Source of the DNA: Lama glama
Lineage: Eukaryota
DNA length: 64,000 nt
Direction: 5' to 3'
Assembly (NCBI GenBank): GCA_028534125.1
Contig: CM052824.1
Coordinates: 60,512,001-60,576,000, forward strand
Shown here: positions 23,402 to 40,500 of the stretch, one piece after another
How positions within the stretch are numbered: position 1 is the stretch's first letter
How the letters are laid out: every line of letters begins with the position of its first letter
Position numbers and translations under genes: made by a program
Notes under the pieces: model-generated
The model's input: the letters and a program-made list of their open reading frames with translations, nothing else
Told to the model about the DNA's origin: nothing
Databases searched by the model: none

Positions 23402-26400
23402 AGAAGCTCTCATTGGTCCAGTTTTGGTGAAGCATCAAAGCATATCCACGGTTGCCCGAAGGGCAGGCTTGCTCGTCGTCCTCCCCGCCACCACGCAGAC
23501 GGGGTGCACCAGCAGGCAGGCTGGTTTCTCCAGCTGCCTTCTCCACCCAGTCGTTCCAGAGACTCGCAACAGTGTAGAACACTTCTTGCCGAATTTTCCA
23601 TTTTGGGAAAAAACAGTGTTTTCCACAAAATGTTACTTATATTAACATGTAATGAGTCGCTTGTTATTTTTGGTGAGATGCACCCCTGTCCCTTAAGTGA
23701 CCAGCTCTAAGCTCTCCTGTGGTAAATGTCAGATGAGGGCCCGGGGGGCCCGAGGAGGTGAGCGTAGTCAGTCAGCCGCGCTCCAGCCAGTCAGGAGCGG
23801 CGGGGAGCGTGCCTGAGGCCTGCAGAAGGGACTGCTGTGGAAGTGGTGTCTCGGGTCAGAGCTGGCTTGGAAGCCTGCCTCTGTGTAGCCCAGAAACTCT
23901 CTCTGAGCCTCGGTTTCCTGATCTGAAGAGCAGGGGCAGAGAATGCCCTCCCCGCAAGAGACCGCAGGCGCAGGGCCGGCGCAGGGCCGGCCCAGGGCGG
24001 GAGGAGCCCAGCCCGGCAGGGGGCCCCTCCGTGTCTTCATGCCCTGGGACCCCTGCCCGTGGGGGCTCTTTCTCCACCCTCGAACCAGGAGCACATCCCA
24101 CAGGGGCCGGCCGGCAATCACAGGGTTCCACCCCACATTCTCCGGGCTGATCTGAGCCCCACCCACTCCACCCCAGAGCTCACTTGGGCCCAGCAGGCAG
24201 CTCCATGCTCTGCCTCCCCACAGGAGGTGGGGAAGTGGAAACATCTGGTGAGCTCAGCCTCCACATCACAGTGCAGGGGGTTAGATGGGTCAGAGGAAGG
24301 GGCCGGAGGAAGGACAGCACAGGCCCTGCCTGGAACACCTCTGTCGGACACCAGGCCCCTGCAACCCTGAAAGGAACCCTGAGTCTTTGGTGGGGAAGAG
24401 GGCCCAGCTGAGCTCAGGCTGCTGCTGTGAGCAGGGGCCGTCTATGGGAGGGGGCACTTCAGGCAGGAGGGGCAGCATGTGTAAAGGCCCTGTGGCTGGA
24501 AGGAACTGTCTGGTCCCTGGGGCCCAGGGCTGGCTTAGAGTCCCAGGTCGCAGTCCAGCATCCTTAGACAAAACTCCCAGCCCTCCTCTAAGGGTTCCCC
24601 AGGGGAGCTGAGACAAGGCACTTCTCAGCTCTGTCACCTTCATGGCTGGCACCTGACCCTGTTCCTCTGTTTTTCCCTCACTGTCCCCATGCCCCCTGGG
24701 GGGGACCATCATGGCACCCACACCCCACTGCTGGGTGGGCATCAGCCACCAACAATCAGAGGCACCCCTTGTCTGCCAACAGCTGCGCCCCAGGGCCGGC
24801 CAGCCTCCAGCCGCGTCGGTCACTCGCATGCACAGGGTCCAGTGCCCACGCAGCCCTCTGTTTTCTCCTGGACATTTGCTCTGTCTTCAGCCTTAGCAGG
24901 AAACTCAACAGCAGACAAAGAGGACAGACACCCAGGACCAGCCCTACCCTGGGGTGGCCATTGCAGACCCCTTCCCAGAGGACCACAGGCTGAGGAGCAG
25001 CTGGGACCCCAACGAGAGTCCCTCCTGGGGGTTGGAGAGGCTGGAGGAGGGCACCTGGGGGGAGCGGCCCCTTTGAGAGGCGTGGGTCCTCGGCGGCGCA
25101 GCGGGGGGCTAGGAGGGGGGCGTGGTCTTCAGAGCCACCAGCGAAGGGCAGGGGGCACACGGGCTGTTGAGGTCACACACGGGCGGCCCTGGGCAGGGAG
25201 GGGACTGCCGCGGTGAGGGGCGCCGGGGCCAGCAGAGGGGGCCCTCCTCGGACTGTGAAGCGGGAGAGTGGGGGCTGGGCTGGGAGCCAGTGACCCCATG
25301 GAGCCGGCACAGGCCCTGGGCAGGCGGGGCTGGGAGTGACGAGGGGCTGAGGGGGGGGCACTCCCGGCCAGGGGGGGGATGGCCCCGTTGAGGCTGCGTG
25401 CACAGGAGCGGTTGTGGCAAACCAAACTATCAGCGGGCCACCAAGTCCAGGCAGGACATGCCCCACCTGAGGCCATGGGCAGCCGTGGTCATCCACCTCC
25501 CCGCCCTGAGGCTGACGGCCAACCCATCGGCGGCTGCCAGCACTGCCCACCCCGCTCCCAGACCAACCAGAGACAGGGCTGCAGGCTCGGACCCCACCTA
25601 CCCTCCCCCAGTCTCCAGACCTGGGCAGCAAATGCCTGTCCCCCGGCCCCTCCCAGAATCCAAGGTCCCAGTGAAGGAGGACAAGCCCACTGGCCTGCCG
25701 TCCCCCGTGTGCCTCTTCCAACGGTGGAGCTGGGGAAGGAGCTCCCCCCCCGTCTGGTGGTCCCAGGAGGGACTGCACACACGCTCGCCTCTGCGGCTCA
25801 CCCCTGTGGCTCACCCAGGGACACGGCTGTGCTGGCCAGGAGGCTTCGCCCCCAGCCTTTGTCCCCAGGGCCAAGATGGCACAGGAGGGCACCCTGCAGC
25901 ACCAGATCAGCAGGGACAGTAAGAAGAGACACCTTCCAAAGTCCTCCCTACTCCAAGTTCTGCCTTCACCTGAGGTGCCTCCCAGCCGGGGCCACCCCCT
26001 CAGCTCCACCCAGACCCCCAGGAGCTCCCATCAGCGTCACCTGAGTGCACAAACAAAGCACTTTTGCTGCCAAACGCTTACAAGTCCCTGCACTGCTCTC
26101 TGAGATCTGTACCACCGCTGCTCCCTCCTCCCAGCAAACCCTGAGCCGCTCAGCCCCCAGGGACCCACCCTGAAGGGGAGCCACAGCGAGCCTCAGGCTG
26201 GCGCGCTGCACACACGGGGCTGCCACGGCCCAGGAGGAAACTGAGGCACAGGGCAAGGAAGCACCTACTCAAGATCACACCTGCAGCACAGAGATGGCAG
26301 TCCCTGTCCCTGTCCCCATCAGGAGGATGCTGTGATGGGGACAGTGGCACTGCGGGAGGGTCTCTCCGAGGGGCCTCCAGCACACGCCCCTCCCAAGCTG

Positions 26401-28649
26401 CCCACAACCCCCACAGCTCCTTCCACAATGAGCTGCCAGGTCAGGGCCTGACCTCCCTGTGCCCATCCACACTCTGGTGCTGGAATGGATGCCACTCCTT
26501 GAGCTGCAGTGATGGGAGCATGTGGCTGACCTGTGCCAGTCACTGTCAACACCCCTGCCCAGCCAGTGTCCTTGCTCAGACCTCCATCTCTGGCCCCCCT
26601 TGGTGCTCAAGGGTCCTCAGTTTTCTGGGTGCCCCACCCTGCAAGGTCCTGGCTTGTACCCCTCCACCTCCAGCCCTAAGGGAGGCTGGGGGATGGCCTC
26701 TTGTCTGGATGGAGCCCTGCCTCTCCTGTCAATACAAAACTTCCTCCTCCAGGAAGCCCTCCCAGACTGCCTCTTCCTTGGGCCAATAGTGTCCAGGCCT
26801 TAGTCACCAACCAGCTCAGACTTGGATGATGGCTGCACTCACGTGGGGCCCCTCCCCCACCTCCAGCAGCAGGCAAAGGCATTAGGATGCAGATGTGGGA
26901 CCCAACAGACGTGAGATTCGCCCTGTGCCTGCACCTGCTTTGGACCAGACATAGCCTCTCTGAGTTTTGATTCCTAGCTCCACCACTTGGATGGTACCCT
27001 CTTCCCTCCTCAGCACCCCCCCCCCCAGGCTCCAGGTTCCTATCTGGCTCCCTGGAAGCCCTGGCAGTGGACCAGAGCCCCAGAGCCCCAGACCAGCTCT
27101 GCTCCTGCCAGACACACTGTATGGCGAGGAATCGTGCCTTCCTGTCCCAGGCCAGCACAGGGACACACTGGCCCTGGCCACAGGCAGAGTCCCTGGCCAG
27201 CCACCTGAGCCCTGGAATCCTGACGTCACTTCCCAGACCAGCCCAAGCCCCAGGCAGCCCCGTCCCAACCTCACCTGGCAAGCCCCTGGCAAGGCACTGC
27301 TGTGAGTCCTGCAGCATGATGTCCCCCACCCCTCGGCTGGGAGGCCTCTGCCCCAGGGGCCGGTGGGAGTCCCAGCTTGGTTCTGGGGTGCCTTCCACCT
27401 ACAGCCGTGACTCAGCTCCCACCCCTGGCAACCCTCACCCCAGCCCACCCTGTGCCCACTGCACCCCGACCCCACACACCTCCAGGGCCCAGATCTGCCA
27501 CCAGGTTCTCTGGGTCTGTCCCAGTGAGGGCCGTGCCCCAACAGTCAGTGGTCAGCGGTCAGGGCACAGGCTCTTCCCCAGTCCCTCCACCTGCTCAGGC
27601 TCCCACCACAGGGAAGGGGAGAAACGGGCCATGCCAGCCCCACACCTGGGGCCAGAACTATGGCTGCTCAGTTCACACCCTACCCCACCTCGGACAAGGT
27701 GGTTCCCCCCACAAAGGGCAGCAGTGCCCACCTCTGCTGCACACCTGTAAGGCGCCTGTCCAGTCAGGGATCCTGGCCAGGCACCAAGGTGTACACGCAG
27801 CTCTCTCTAGCCACTCCCACCCCCAGCCCCGCCCCCCACCCCCAGGTTGGCATCTCAGCCTCACTGTCCCCTCAGCCAATGAGAAGCACTCGCTCCTTCT
27901 AGGATGGGCCCAGGAACCCAGGGGGTCCAGGGAAGGCTCTGCCTGGGAGCACCCCACCCCCAGTCTCAGGGCAGGGGTGCACCCAGCCCAGTGTCCGGAC
28001 AGCCTGGGGGGACCCCAAGCCCTGGAGATTTGGGGGGTGAGTGAGACCACCTCAGCTAGACTCCGGGGCCGGTCCCTCCTTCCTTCCTTCTCCTGACAGG
28101 AGTTCCCGAGTGCCTACGTAGGCCAGGCTTGACAGCACCGCAGCCGCCCAGGCAGGCAGGCCGTGTCGGGTGAAGCAGGCCTCGCAGCCGAGGGACACAG
28201 ACCAGCTGGCCCCTGGCTTGCCCACCAGGTGCCGGGTCGAGCTGGGGAGGGTGGGAGACGAGTGGCGAATCCAGGAGAGTGAGGTGGGCAGCAGAGCCAC
28301 CCCTCCACCTAGCCAGGTTCAGTGAGGGGCCAGAGCAAGTGACCTGGAGGAGGGACAATCCGACAACTGGAGGACTGAATTCAGTGGGGACAGGACTGAG
28401 AACCGTGCTCCCACTGACAGGGCGGCATCTGCACCAGCCAGGCGGCATCTGGACCCAGACCCCCCCCCCAAGCCTGCTTCTGTGGATTCGTGCACTGGTT
28501 CTTAATAAACGCCAGCTCGTTACGTTGGCAACCCCATTGCGCAGACCGGAGAACTGAGGCTGGGGGTTCTGCTGGACAGAGTGAGAGCTCCACCAGGTAG
28601 AGGATTTACAGCTGCGGTCACAGTGGGCTCGGGCTCAGCTGCTACTGGA

Positions 28650-28740
28650 GGGAGGGGGCAGCAGGCAAGAGGTAGAGCACATGCTTAACACGCACAAGGT
28701 CCTGGGTTAAATACCCTGTTTAAAAAATTAAAATAAAAAC
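28650..28740 (+). mobile_element. Degenerate second copy of the same tRNA-derived SINE
   Basis: ggtagagcacatgcttaacacgcacaaggtcctgggttaaatacc plus A-rich tail. Confidence 0.75.
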
Positions 28741-29190
28741 GGAGCAAGCCCTCACTGCAGGCACAGTGGTGGATGTCAGGGCCTCACCTGGGGCTGGACC
28801 CTGGTCAGATACCTCTGCCCCACTGGAGCCGCCTTCCCTGAAGTCCACCCGGCCCTTCACCCACCGTCCTGCCTCAGGGGCCACTGCAGTCAGAAGCCAC
28901 GCAGTGAGGCCTCCAGCAAGAGCCCCCGGCCCAAGAACGCGGCCTCTGACAGGGCTCCGGGCTGCCTGGTTGCCCAGGGGCACAGAGAGCTGCCTTTCGT
29001 CATCAGGCGAGGACTTTCCTCTGGAAGCCAGCCCTGTCCCCACCTCGGCTGAGTCGCCGTCTCCACGCGGAGGCCCAGCGAGCCGGCGCTCCAATCTTTG
29101 GTTCTGATCCAGATTCTCTCTTTGGGGTGAAACTCACTCACTGATCCCCTAAAATTCTACCGCTAACCTGGTGGAGCAGGTGGGCTGATG

Positions 29191-29205
29191 GCGCCACCTG
29201 CTGGC
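29191..29205 (-). promoter_or_regulatory. CTCF motif
   Basis: Minus strand GCCAGCAGGTGGCGC matches core CCASYAGRKGGCRS. Confidence 0.6.
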
Positions 29206-30449
29206 TGTTCTGGAATGTGACCCCTCCCAAACTCGAGTCATCTTAGCACACGCCCTGGGGCACTAGTGACCACCGCTAACAACCAGCCCCACCGCAAAGG
29301 GCAGGAGACTGGGTGGATCTGAACCCGGCTGGACCCCAGGCCCCACATCCCCAAGAACAACTTGATAACACTGTTTCTGGCCTTGCCCTGCGCTGCGAAG
29401 CTGTGCTGGTGAGAAGAAAGGTCGGAAAATGAAATCCTGGACAAGGAGCTGGGACCTGCTAGTGGGGGACAGTGGCTTCTTGAAGGTGCCAGCCGGCGAC
29501 CCCAAGGAAGGGGCCAAACCTCCTCCAGATCCGACTTGGTGCCGGTGGGCACAGCGTCTGGCTGTGCCCACCCACAGGCCAGGGCACCACCCGGGGCCAG
29601 GAAGGCTTCTGCGTTTCAGCCTGTTACATGAGAGCTGGCCAGAAGCTGGTGAAGGCCTGTCTCCACCTGGCCCTCACCCAAGGGTCCACCCCAGGCCGAA
29701 AACCAAAGCAGTGGGTGGCCTCTGCATCCAGAAAACGGGGTACACAGTCAGGGGTGCACTCCAAAGGGGCACAGGGGCTTCAGCAGCAGGAGGGGCTGGG
29801 GGACCACCCAGGTCCTGCCCTGTCCCTCCAAGAGGGGCCTGCCCGCAGCTGGTGGAGCCCCGAGGAACTCTGAGCCTGTCCCCAGGGCCTGGCTCCGTGT
29901 CACGGAGCTGTGAGAGCGGAAGTGAGGCCAAGAGCTGCAGCCTGTCTCAACCAGGCCCTCCCACCAGGGTCAGTGGGGCCTCAGAGGCTGCCCACCCCCC
30001 CCCCCAGCTCACCTGGCTTCTTTCTCTCTTGCCTAGTCCCATGGCTCCCTTAGTGCCCCTGGAAAGGGCCCTTCTCCTAGGCTGGGATCCCTCTGGTCAG
30101 TCTGGGGGTGCCCCCTACCCAATGGGGCACAGATGCAGATGCTATGATCTGCTCCAGGCCCTGAGCCCTCAGGACACGTCCAATGCCTCCTCCCACTGCC
30201 CTCCCCCAGGACCCTCTCAGGGACCTTCCCCGAAGCTCTAGTCCAGCTGTGGCTTGTGCCTGGACGCCCGGCTCTCCTAGCTCTGTCCCCTACAGTGTGT
30301 GGCCTCCCAGACCTCTCTCTGTCCATCCCCTGAGCAGAGAAGCTGGGAGGGGTCAGGGGTCTGCACTTGTAGGGCCTGAGCGGTCACCAGCGTAAATATC
30401 CAGGTTCCAAAATCTGCACTCCTCGTTCTGTCCCGGGCCCCAGAGCACC

Positions 30450-35186
<4,737 letters not shown>

Positions 35187-36659
35187 CCCGACGGAGGCTG
35201 GAGGAGCCCAGGAGGCCTTCCAACATCAGGGGAAGAACTTCCAGGTTAACTTTACTTGCACAGAAACCATGATATCCCCGTTTGTTACTGTCACGAAAGA
35301 CGCTGTAGCAGCAGCTCAGGAGAGCACTGGACCTGGCCGTGCATGGTTGAGCCTTCAGCGCCGTCAGCCCTCCCTGCACCTCCCAGCACTCCTCCAGAAC
35401 TTCCTCCCCCCGACCGCCCACTGACACGGGAAGGTCCAACACCAGCCACACGGTGAGACGTGGCCACGTGGCCAGCGCCGACCAGGAGCAGAGAACCAGT
35501 AGTCTGCTTGCCGGGCTGTGCTCAGGCCTGCAGCCCAGACGGCCACAAGCCTCATCCCTGTCATGGAGCCATGGGGCGGCCCAGACACGGCCGTTCTCGG
35601 GGCAGAAAGCAAGAAGCCGTCGCTGCCACCTGACATGTCTGGCGCGCACCTTCTAGCGCGTCAAGTTGGCTTCACATTTTAGAAGATGGAAGCGTGCATC
35701 CTGGCCTCCCAGCACGACCACCTCCTGCTTGGAGCACCTGGTGGGCCCAGCCAGCCCGAGTGGAGGCTGCCCATCGCAGCAGGGTGCAGGCCGGCTGCCT
35801 ACACACATCTCCACTGTGCCCAGCCCACTTTCTGCCACCGTTTTATTTCCAGGTTTTAAAACCTACATAACTCGTGCCCAAGGCTGGACTTTGCCATAGG
35901 CATCCTCAAAACACCGGTTCCAGTCGCGCTGGTGTGTTAGGAACGCCGTGAGGGCGAGCTGACTTGGTGGAGGCTGGCGGGGAGGCTCGCCAGGCCCGGG
36001 GGCGGGGCAGCACAGCTTCCAGCCTAGGACCCTGCGGCCGCTTCTCTCTGACTTCACGGACTCTGCGGCACAGGAACATTGTGCGGCAGGCCTCAGCTAA
36101 CAGAGGTCAGCGCCCAGAGGCTGGGCTGTGAACAGAGCAGCAGCCCTGCTCTGGCTCCAGTCGGGGAGCCTAGCCAGGGTTGGGGTCCACAGTTCCCGAA
36201 ACCCCTTCCTTACACTCTCACCAAGTGCTCATCGTAGGTCTATTTACTAGGAAAACAGTACTAAAAAACGGGGGGGGGGGAGGAAGTCTAGTTTGAACAC
36301 CAAGTGCTGCAGTGTGGTGACGAGCACTGGTTTGGAGCCCCACTCACACACGAAGGTCAAAATTCAGGGTCAGGCACAAAAGGCCTTAACGTGGCCTCTG
36401 AAAAACAAGGAGTCCAACCACAGGTATTGGAACCTGGAGGGAAAAACGCGGGCAGTGGACATTTGGTGCGTGAACAGGACAGCGGAACCGCCCGGAGACC
36501 CGAGACCCAGCAGGAAACGCACCGGTGTGCCGGTCGGCGCTGGGCCATGGGGCGGGCCCCTGCCGGCCGTCTGTCCTGCCGCCCGCAGCAGGGACGGCTT
36601 GCCTTTGGGGCGGCCGTGCCTCTCCCGCCAGAGCTGCCCAGGCGCAGGGAGCTGGAGTG

Positions 36660-36665
36660 TTTATT
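36660..36665 (-). terminator. Candidate RER1 polyadenylation signal
   Basis: TTTATT on + (AATAAA on -) about 830 nt after the RER1 stop; a second one lies at 35842-35847. Confidence 0.6.
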
Positions 36666-36697
36666 CAAGAGTACAAGAGAGCGGGGACACTGTCTTT

Positions 36698-36703
36698 AAT
36701 AAA
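36698..36703 (+). terminator. Candidate PEX10 polyadenylation signal
   Basis: First canonical AATAAA I found after the PEX10 stop; GT/T-rich downstream element at about 36735-36753. Confidence 0.55.
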
Positions 36704-37492
36704 AGTTGGCACTTAAAAGTCACTTAGTAAAACGTTTACGTGTATTTGTTTTTACCACATCAGAAAAGCTGACATGCAGGTCAGGGCCGTGTCTCCCGCA
36801 GGAAGTGAGAAGCCATGTGTTAAAACCCACAAAACTGGTCACTTACCAGTTGTTTCTGAAAAGGGGCTGCTGCATGAGAACAGGTTTAAATGAAGAACAA
36901 AACAACTTTTCATGTATCAAAGAAAAGTGTCAAAATAATCTCAAACAATTAAAATATAATATATATTTATAGTTTCAGGCCCTCAAAAGCAATCATGGTA
37001 GGTAAAAACAGAGTTTTGAGTCACTGTGAGGGAGGCCAACCTGACATCTCCGTGAGATGAGACGGAAACTGGCATCAGAACCCGGAGTTACTTGAAAATC
37101 ACCTTTCAAACGGGAAGCTCCTTCACACACGTGGGAGTCGGGGGAGGTCCTCCACTAGGGCCATGGGGCCGGAGCCGCAGGCGGGCGTCCTTGGAGGTGG
37201 CGGCTGGGCGCGTCTCGGTTCCTCCCTAGCAGACAGTGCCCGCCCACCCTCCCCAAGCCCGCCCAGCCCGCGTGTTACTAAAATTCCGTCCTCAACACCT
37301 GACCGGCACTGAAAAATAAATCAATGCAATTCGGTTTAAATGCCAGTTTCTTCAAGAACCTGATATTTCAGTTACAAATAATCGAAGCTCCTTTTTAAAA
37401 AGAAAATGACTCCCTTGTAATCAACTACTTTATGTGAAGAAAGGCGTGGTGACGGCGCCGGGGACCGCCCAGGGCCGCAGCAGGGCCGGCGT

Positions 37493-37582
37493 CTAGCTGG
37501 CGAAGGCCTTGCCCACGTCCTCCTTCCCCTTGTACGTCCTCTTGCCGTGCGTGAACGGGATGTACCGGTACTTGATCATGTG
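37493..37582 (-). CDS. RER1: RER1 last coding exon
   Basis: [29 protein letters not shown]; acceptor cccag|. Confidence 0.97.
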   Translation of the reverse strand, partial: HMIKYRYIPFTHGKRTYKGKEDVGKAFAS

Positions 37583-40500
37583 CTGGGGACAGACAGACAT
37601 TTCAGCACAGATGCCCAATGAACCGCCTCGTCCAAACCTGCAGCCCGGCTTCTCTGTGTACCAGGCACGGAAGCGGGGCTGCAGCAGAAGCCCCCAGTGC
37701 CCCGGGGACACGGAAAACCCTTCCATGGCGCCACTGGGAGTCCCGGGGAGGGGGGCAGGTTCCGTGACCACCGTGTCCAGGAAGAAGGCACCCAGGCCCC
37801 TGCTGCCTGGTGGGTGGAGGTGGGGATGGGACGAAGCTGGGCTGTCCCGTCTGCCCAGGCCCATACTAGGGTGATGTTGACATAACATGCCGTCATCATC
37901 CGGGAGATCCTGGGCCCTGACTAACCCCCAGGACACAAGTCAGACCCTCAGGCGAGACCCACGGCCTTGCCTGCCCCACTCCCAGAGAGCTGTGCTGAGA
38001 GCCTGTTCGCTGGACGCCTGGACAGTGGTGCTGGCGGGAAGCGGGCCCCACCCTGTCACGGACCCGCACAGACAGCAGGGTCCACGCGACCCTCCCGGCT
38101 CACAGGCCTGAGCGTGGCTCTCCTCGAAGTGCTACCGGTAACTGGGCAGCAACTGCCATCTCCTGGTGCAGAAGCACCTTGGTTTTTACCTTTATCTGCC
38201 TCTTCATCGTGATGCAGAAAAGCATGATGAAATACATGACCAGGATGGGCCAGAACACTGGCACGTTGAACGCCTCGAAGAAGGTGCAAACCATGGCCAC
38301 AAGGATGCCCTTGGTCGCCGCGTGCCTTAACGGAAGAAGACAAGGTCAGCGGTGCTGCCGACACCGGGCGCCAGCTGCCTGGGGCCCCGTGGAGGGTGTG
38401 CGCCCCCACTCAGGCGGGGTGGGCACTGCGGGCGGTATGTGTAATGCACCACGTGGAACCACAAACACCGTTCTTACTCGCTTGGAAGCTCGACATTTTC
38501 TGCTGAAATTACACAAAGCAGAAAACACCAGTGGGGGCGCCAAGGCTGTTCAGACAGGCGGCTGGGAGACGGCATGGAGGCCCGAGTGCTGCTGGGCCCC
38601 CATCCGGAATAACCCGTCCCAGCCTCGCTCGGGCCCCACACTCGCCGGAGGCTGCAGTGTCCTGAGAACCAGGCAGCCGGGCCGCAGGGCCGCCCTGGCT
38701 CCCTCCATCCACTCAGGCCCTGTTTACAATCCCCTCAGCTCTCCCTTTCCTGGAGCATAGAGGCCCGCCTCCTCGGGGGGCTGGCAGGACCCGACCTTGC
38801 CCACTTCGCGCCCGGCCTCCGGGAGCCCTCGAGTTTGGCGTCTCCCACTCACCGCACGTGGACGCGCCGAGGAGCCCCCAGAGGGCCCGCCGTGTGCGGA
38901 GCAGCACACAGGCCAGACTGGCTGTGCAGCCTGTCCCTCCTGAGGCCGGAATCTTCCGAGAACCAGGACCCCCGCCCCAGAAGCAGCCTCTTCCATGTGG
39001 CTTCAAAGAGCTCTGGTGTTAACTGGCATCCAAGAAGCCGCCGGGCAGTGGGCTCTCGGACAGAGGCCCCCACGACCCACCTCCACGCCCAGCTGGGCAA
39101 GCACTCACACTGTGGGTGAGTGATCTTCAGAACAAGGAAACACAAAGCTCGCTTCTCTGAGGAGTTGAAGCTGCTGGCTCACCAGGACACAGCCTCTGCT
39201 CTCGGGGACCACGAGCCTCGTCCCCGACCACCCACGGGAGGCACTCACCAGAACTTGAACTCCGGGAGCCTCCGGATGAAGGGCCGGAACTCCTCGCTCT
39301 GTTTGGTCGGTAACGAGGGGCCGTCGTCTGAAAGGCAGAATGTCCATCAGAGGTGGTGTAGGTCTCCCATCTTTTTATTTCCAACACTGCACTTTTAAGT
39401 TTCCCTAGAGCTTCTGAACTAGCAGGCCTGATACGCAAAATACAAATTTACATCACGTAACCAAAGATACAATGAGGCTGTTCAGCCACCTTAGAAATCG
39501 ACTCATTGCTGGGAAGGTTTGTGTTAGAACTTCTTTCTAGGAAGATCTCGTATACACTCTAAGTGACCGCGTAAAAATTAACCACACGCCAATTTTCAGG
39601 AACACATCAACTGTGTGACATGAAAATATGTTAAAGTACAAGGAAGGAGCAACGGCCACAGCTCGCAAGAGAAGACGTGGGAGCCGCGAGCACCTGCTCC
39701 CGGGGGCTGGGTTCGGGAGGGCACCCCCGCCCCACCCCCGCGGGAAGGTGCCTCCCGCATCACGCATGGAGAAACTGAGGTCTACAGAGGGGCCTCTGAT
39801 TTTCCAATACCCCCAAATGGCAGCATAGATCAAAGGGTTGTTTCCTTTAACGTGTTCGTTAAATACCGTACAGAGAAAAGTCACAGGCTCTGGTCACAAT
39901 TTGAACAGTCTGGAGAAAACGTCCAGGCTCGTAAAGTGTCTCCCTGCCACACCCGGGAGGGCGCTGCGGGCAGGGAGCCGTGTCAGGTTCTCCTGCGGCA
40001 GGATGTGTGGAATGACTGACTCACCACGTTTGTGCCCCGCCCCCGCCCCACCCCAGGCTGGCCTGGCAGGTGTGGCCCAGGTAGGCCAGGAGCAGTGGGA
40101 GCCAAAAACATTCAACACATCATCCTGGGAAACCAGAGAGCGCCACCGTCAACGGTGCCCGACCGTGGGTCAGTTGCCGGGGCCTCCGTCAGCCACAGGG
40201 AGCCGCCCTCAGAGCCTGGTTTTGGGAGAAGGGGGCCTGGCTGGTAAGCGTGACCACGATGGAGGGGTCCCGGCCCACATCGGCTCGCGTACAGGGCACA
40301 GGGCCCCGCCTGCCTCAGCTCCCTGTCACCACAGGGTGGCTGAAGGAGCGCCGGCCCCTCATGACCGGTCGGGGGTTAACGAGCCCTTCCACAAAGTACC
40401 GCAATCACAGAGGCTATAGGTCCGTGTTAAACACCCAGAGGACAGTCTCAAAAGTTTGGATTTCAAATGTTTCTAAAGAAAATGGAGCAATCCTGTGAAG

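Larger units (their letters stand above)
22190..23690 (+). mobile_element. hAT Charlie1-like DNA transposon fragment, interrupted twice
   Basis: Tracts aatgaaatgtgccaacatttgga, agttttggtgaagcatcaaag, gttacttatattaacatgtaatg resemble the Charlie1 consensus as recalled; the flanks rejoin when the inserts are removed. Confidence 0.75.

Noticed and set aside
39295-39300. RER1 PTKQS versus human PTKQN
   Set aside because: Conservative change at a variable position next to the intact [16 protein letters not shown] motif
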